From an uncultured Acidobacteriota bacterium (GTDB lineage: Bacteria > Acidobacteriota > Thermoanaerobaculia > Multivoradales > DATKCC01), in NCBI GenBank assembly GCA_963741925.1, contig CAVUJU010000002.1, forward strand, positions 595,978 through 659,977: a stretch of DNA of 64,000 nt. The letters run 5' to 3'. The translations under genes and the position numbers were made by a program. Below, in pieces: positions 62,295-64,000 of the stretch. How positions within the stretch are numbered: the first letter of the stretch is position 1; every line of letters starts with the position of its first letter. The notes under the pieces are model-generated. The model saw nothing but the letters and a program-made list of their open reading frames with translations, had not been told where the DNA came from and searched no databases.

Positions 62295-63581
62295 CTATCG
62301 CCAGGTCGCGGCCCGCCGGCGCAGGGCCTCGGCCTCGGCCACCTTGGTCGGCAACTCGAGCCGGCGGAAGACGGGGAGGGCTTCCTCCGTCAGGCGTTCG
62401 ACCTCGTGGCGTTCATGCTGGTCGGCTTGGAGCTCGGCCAGATCGAGTGCCACATGCGCCGCGTCGTAGAAGAGACCGACCGCAGCGAACTCGCTGCGGA
62501 CTCCGGTGAGCCCCGCGAGAGCGTCTTCCCGGTCGCCGCCTCGCCGGGAAATCTTCGCCATGACCCATCTCTGTCGAAGTCGGCTGATGGCATCGCTCTG
62601 GCGCTCGAAGAGCTCCTCGCTTTCGCGGGCCACTCGGATCGCCTGCTCCAGATTGCCGGCGTCGCATTGGTAGTTCACGAAATGCTCGCGCGCGAAGCGC
62701 AGCAGGCGCGCGTCCGGTGCCGCCTGCAGCACCCTTTCAACTTCGCCAACAGTTGCCAGGGCAGGTTCAAACTGACCCTGCCTGCTCTGTGCCCGACCCA
62801 GGTTGAGGAGCGTCGAAGCGGCCAATCGTGGCCTGCTCTCCAGGCGGTACACCATCAATGCGCGCAGTAGGCGCGAGATTGCCAGGTGAGGGCGCCACTG
62901 GTCAGTCCGGAGACTCCCTTCGAGACCATCCAGCTCCGCCCGGAGAAGGCGGTCGCCGCAGCCGAGGGTGCGGAAGAAGTACCGGGCGTCGCCCAGGATT
63001 TGATCGGCCCGCGGCAGGTCGCCGATGACCCGGATCGCGTTGGCCAGGTAGGCGAGGGCGCGGACGTAGAGCTCGCAGGCGTAGGCGGAGAGTGGAGTGT
63101 GGTGGAGGACGAGGCGGGCGAGGCGGGCGTGGGTGGCCGCTTCCTTCGGACGCTCCGGGGCCTTCTTCCGGCTGTCCTCGATGAGCATCTCGGCCAGGAG
63201 GAGGCCCGCGAAGCGCTCCGGCTCGCGGCGGACCCGCTCCGCCTGTTCGGCGGGCGAGAGGCGAAGGAGCTCCTCGGCCCCGGAGCGGGCCTCACGCTCT
63301 TCGGCCGCGGCCCTGGCTTCCTGGGCGCCCGGCACGTCGTTCGAGTTGGCGGGCTTGGGCGCCACCCTGGCCCGGAACCGATCGAGGACCGCCTCGTAAT
63401 CCTCGGGGCCGGTCGCGGGGACGCCCTCGCCCAGCTCCCGGCGCCAGGACTGAAACTCCCTACGGCACCGCGGGCAGAGCTCGAAGAGGTGAGCCAGGGC
63501 GATGGCGGCCAGGTCGCCGGGGTTGCGCCAGCCGCCGGAGATCGCCCGGAAGAGGTCGCGGGTGACGTGCTCGTCGGTCAC
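62295..63581 (-). CDS. hypothetical alpha-helical/TPR-like protein
   Basis: 428 aa with no catalytic motifs. A partial paralog lies downstream of 63837. Confidence 0.4.
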   Translation of the reverse strand: MTDEHVTRDLFRAISGGWRNPGDLAAIALAHLFELCPRCRREFQSWRRELGEGVPATGPEDYEAVLDRFRARVAPKPANSNDVPGAQEARAAAEEREARSGAEELLRLSPAEQAERVRREPERFAGLLLAEMLIEDSRKKAPERPKEAATHARLARLVLHHTPLSAYACELYVRALAYLANAIRVIGDLPRADQILGDARYFFRTLGCGDRLLRAELDGLEGSLRTDQWRPHLAISRLLRALMVYRLESRPRLAASTLLNLGRAQSRQGQFEPALATVGEVERVLQAAPDARLLRFAREHFVNYQCDAGNLEQAIRVARESEELFERQSDAISRLRQRWVMAKISRRGGDREDALAGLTGVRSEFAAVGLFYDAAHVALDLAELQADQHERHEVERLTEEALPVFRRLELPTKVAEAEALRRRAATWR

Positions 63582-63836
63582 CTGCGCAGAGTAGCACTCC
63601 TCGGCGCGCCGATCGAGCTACGGCAACCCGTTTCGAGTCACCTGGAATTGGGCCGACGAGAGGTGTTCTCGCCCCACTTGCGGGCGGGCCCGGGACTCGC
63701 CCGCGATCTTCCGGGGCTCGGCCTCGACCTGGAGACCGATCGGCTCGGACAGTCGCGGCTGGACGTCGAAGGCCGCGGCCCGTCGCTATTCACGACGTCG
63801 ACCAGATTCAAGGTTGCTGTGCTGCGGTCGGCGTGC

Positions 63837-64000
63837 TCGATCTTACGCGCTGGCGGCTCGCCGAACCAAGCTCTCGGCCTCGACCACCTTCGTGGGAAGC
63901 TCCAGCCGTCGGAAGACAGGGATCGAGTCCGCCATCAAGCGCTCCACCTCGTGGCGATCTCCCTGGTCAGCGTAAAGGCGAGCGAGGTTTAGTGAAGCCA
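63837..64000 (-). CDS. 3' end of a paralog of the 62295-63581 gene (continues past window end)
   Basis: Nucleotides 63850-64000 are ~75% identical to 62295-62450, with the same C-terminal coding end. Confidence 0.4.

Overview
A ~70% GC bacterial chromosomal segment, probably Acidobacteria-like (it carries an 807-aa duplicated-FtsX 'ADOP'-type permease), with dense, mostly minus-strand genes. Many gene junctions are translationally coupled through GTGA/ATGA start-stop overlaps.

Confident housekeeping calls:
- gdhA, 2-oxoglutarate:ferredoxin oxidoreductase korAB, and nuoB-nuoCD-nuoI.
- hom, a SufS-like class V aminotransferase, znuCB-like metal ABC genes, and an ECF sigma / anti-sigma pair.
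- asnB plus an ArnT-like glycosyltransferase, xerD, and a lytic transglycosylase.

Accessory content:
- A lower-GC, tightly coupled five-gene operon: DUF1399-like, methyltransferase, TauD-like dioxygenase, UvrA-like protein with a ~450-aa extension, methyltransferase.
- An MNT/HEPN pair with a frameshifted HEPN gene.
- An MNT gene next to an 84-aa gene and an AbiEii-family nucleotidyltransferase.
- An HU-like/DUF900 fusion next to an M48-like membrane protein that lacks HExxH.
- A ~13.6-kb low-GC RHS/YD-repeat toxin island (48.5-62.1 kb) that also holds an orphan RHS tip cassette, candidate immunity genes and a ~2-kb group II intron with its RT/maturase.

Other observations:
- A dispersed, palindromic C/G-rich intergenic repeat family occurs at least six times, one copy with a 12-bp flanking direct repeat.
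- Three apparent +1 single-nucleotide frameshifts interrupt the HEPN toxin, a HAMP-PP2C phosphatase and asnB.

No rRNA, tRNA or CRISPR array was recognised. Apart from the intron domain V, no RNA structure was folded; they were judged by pattern only.
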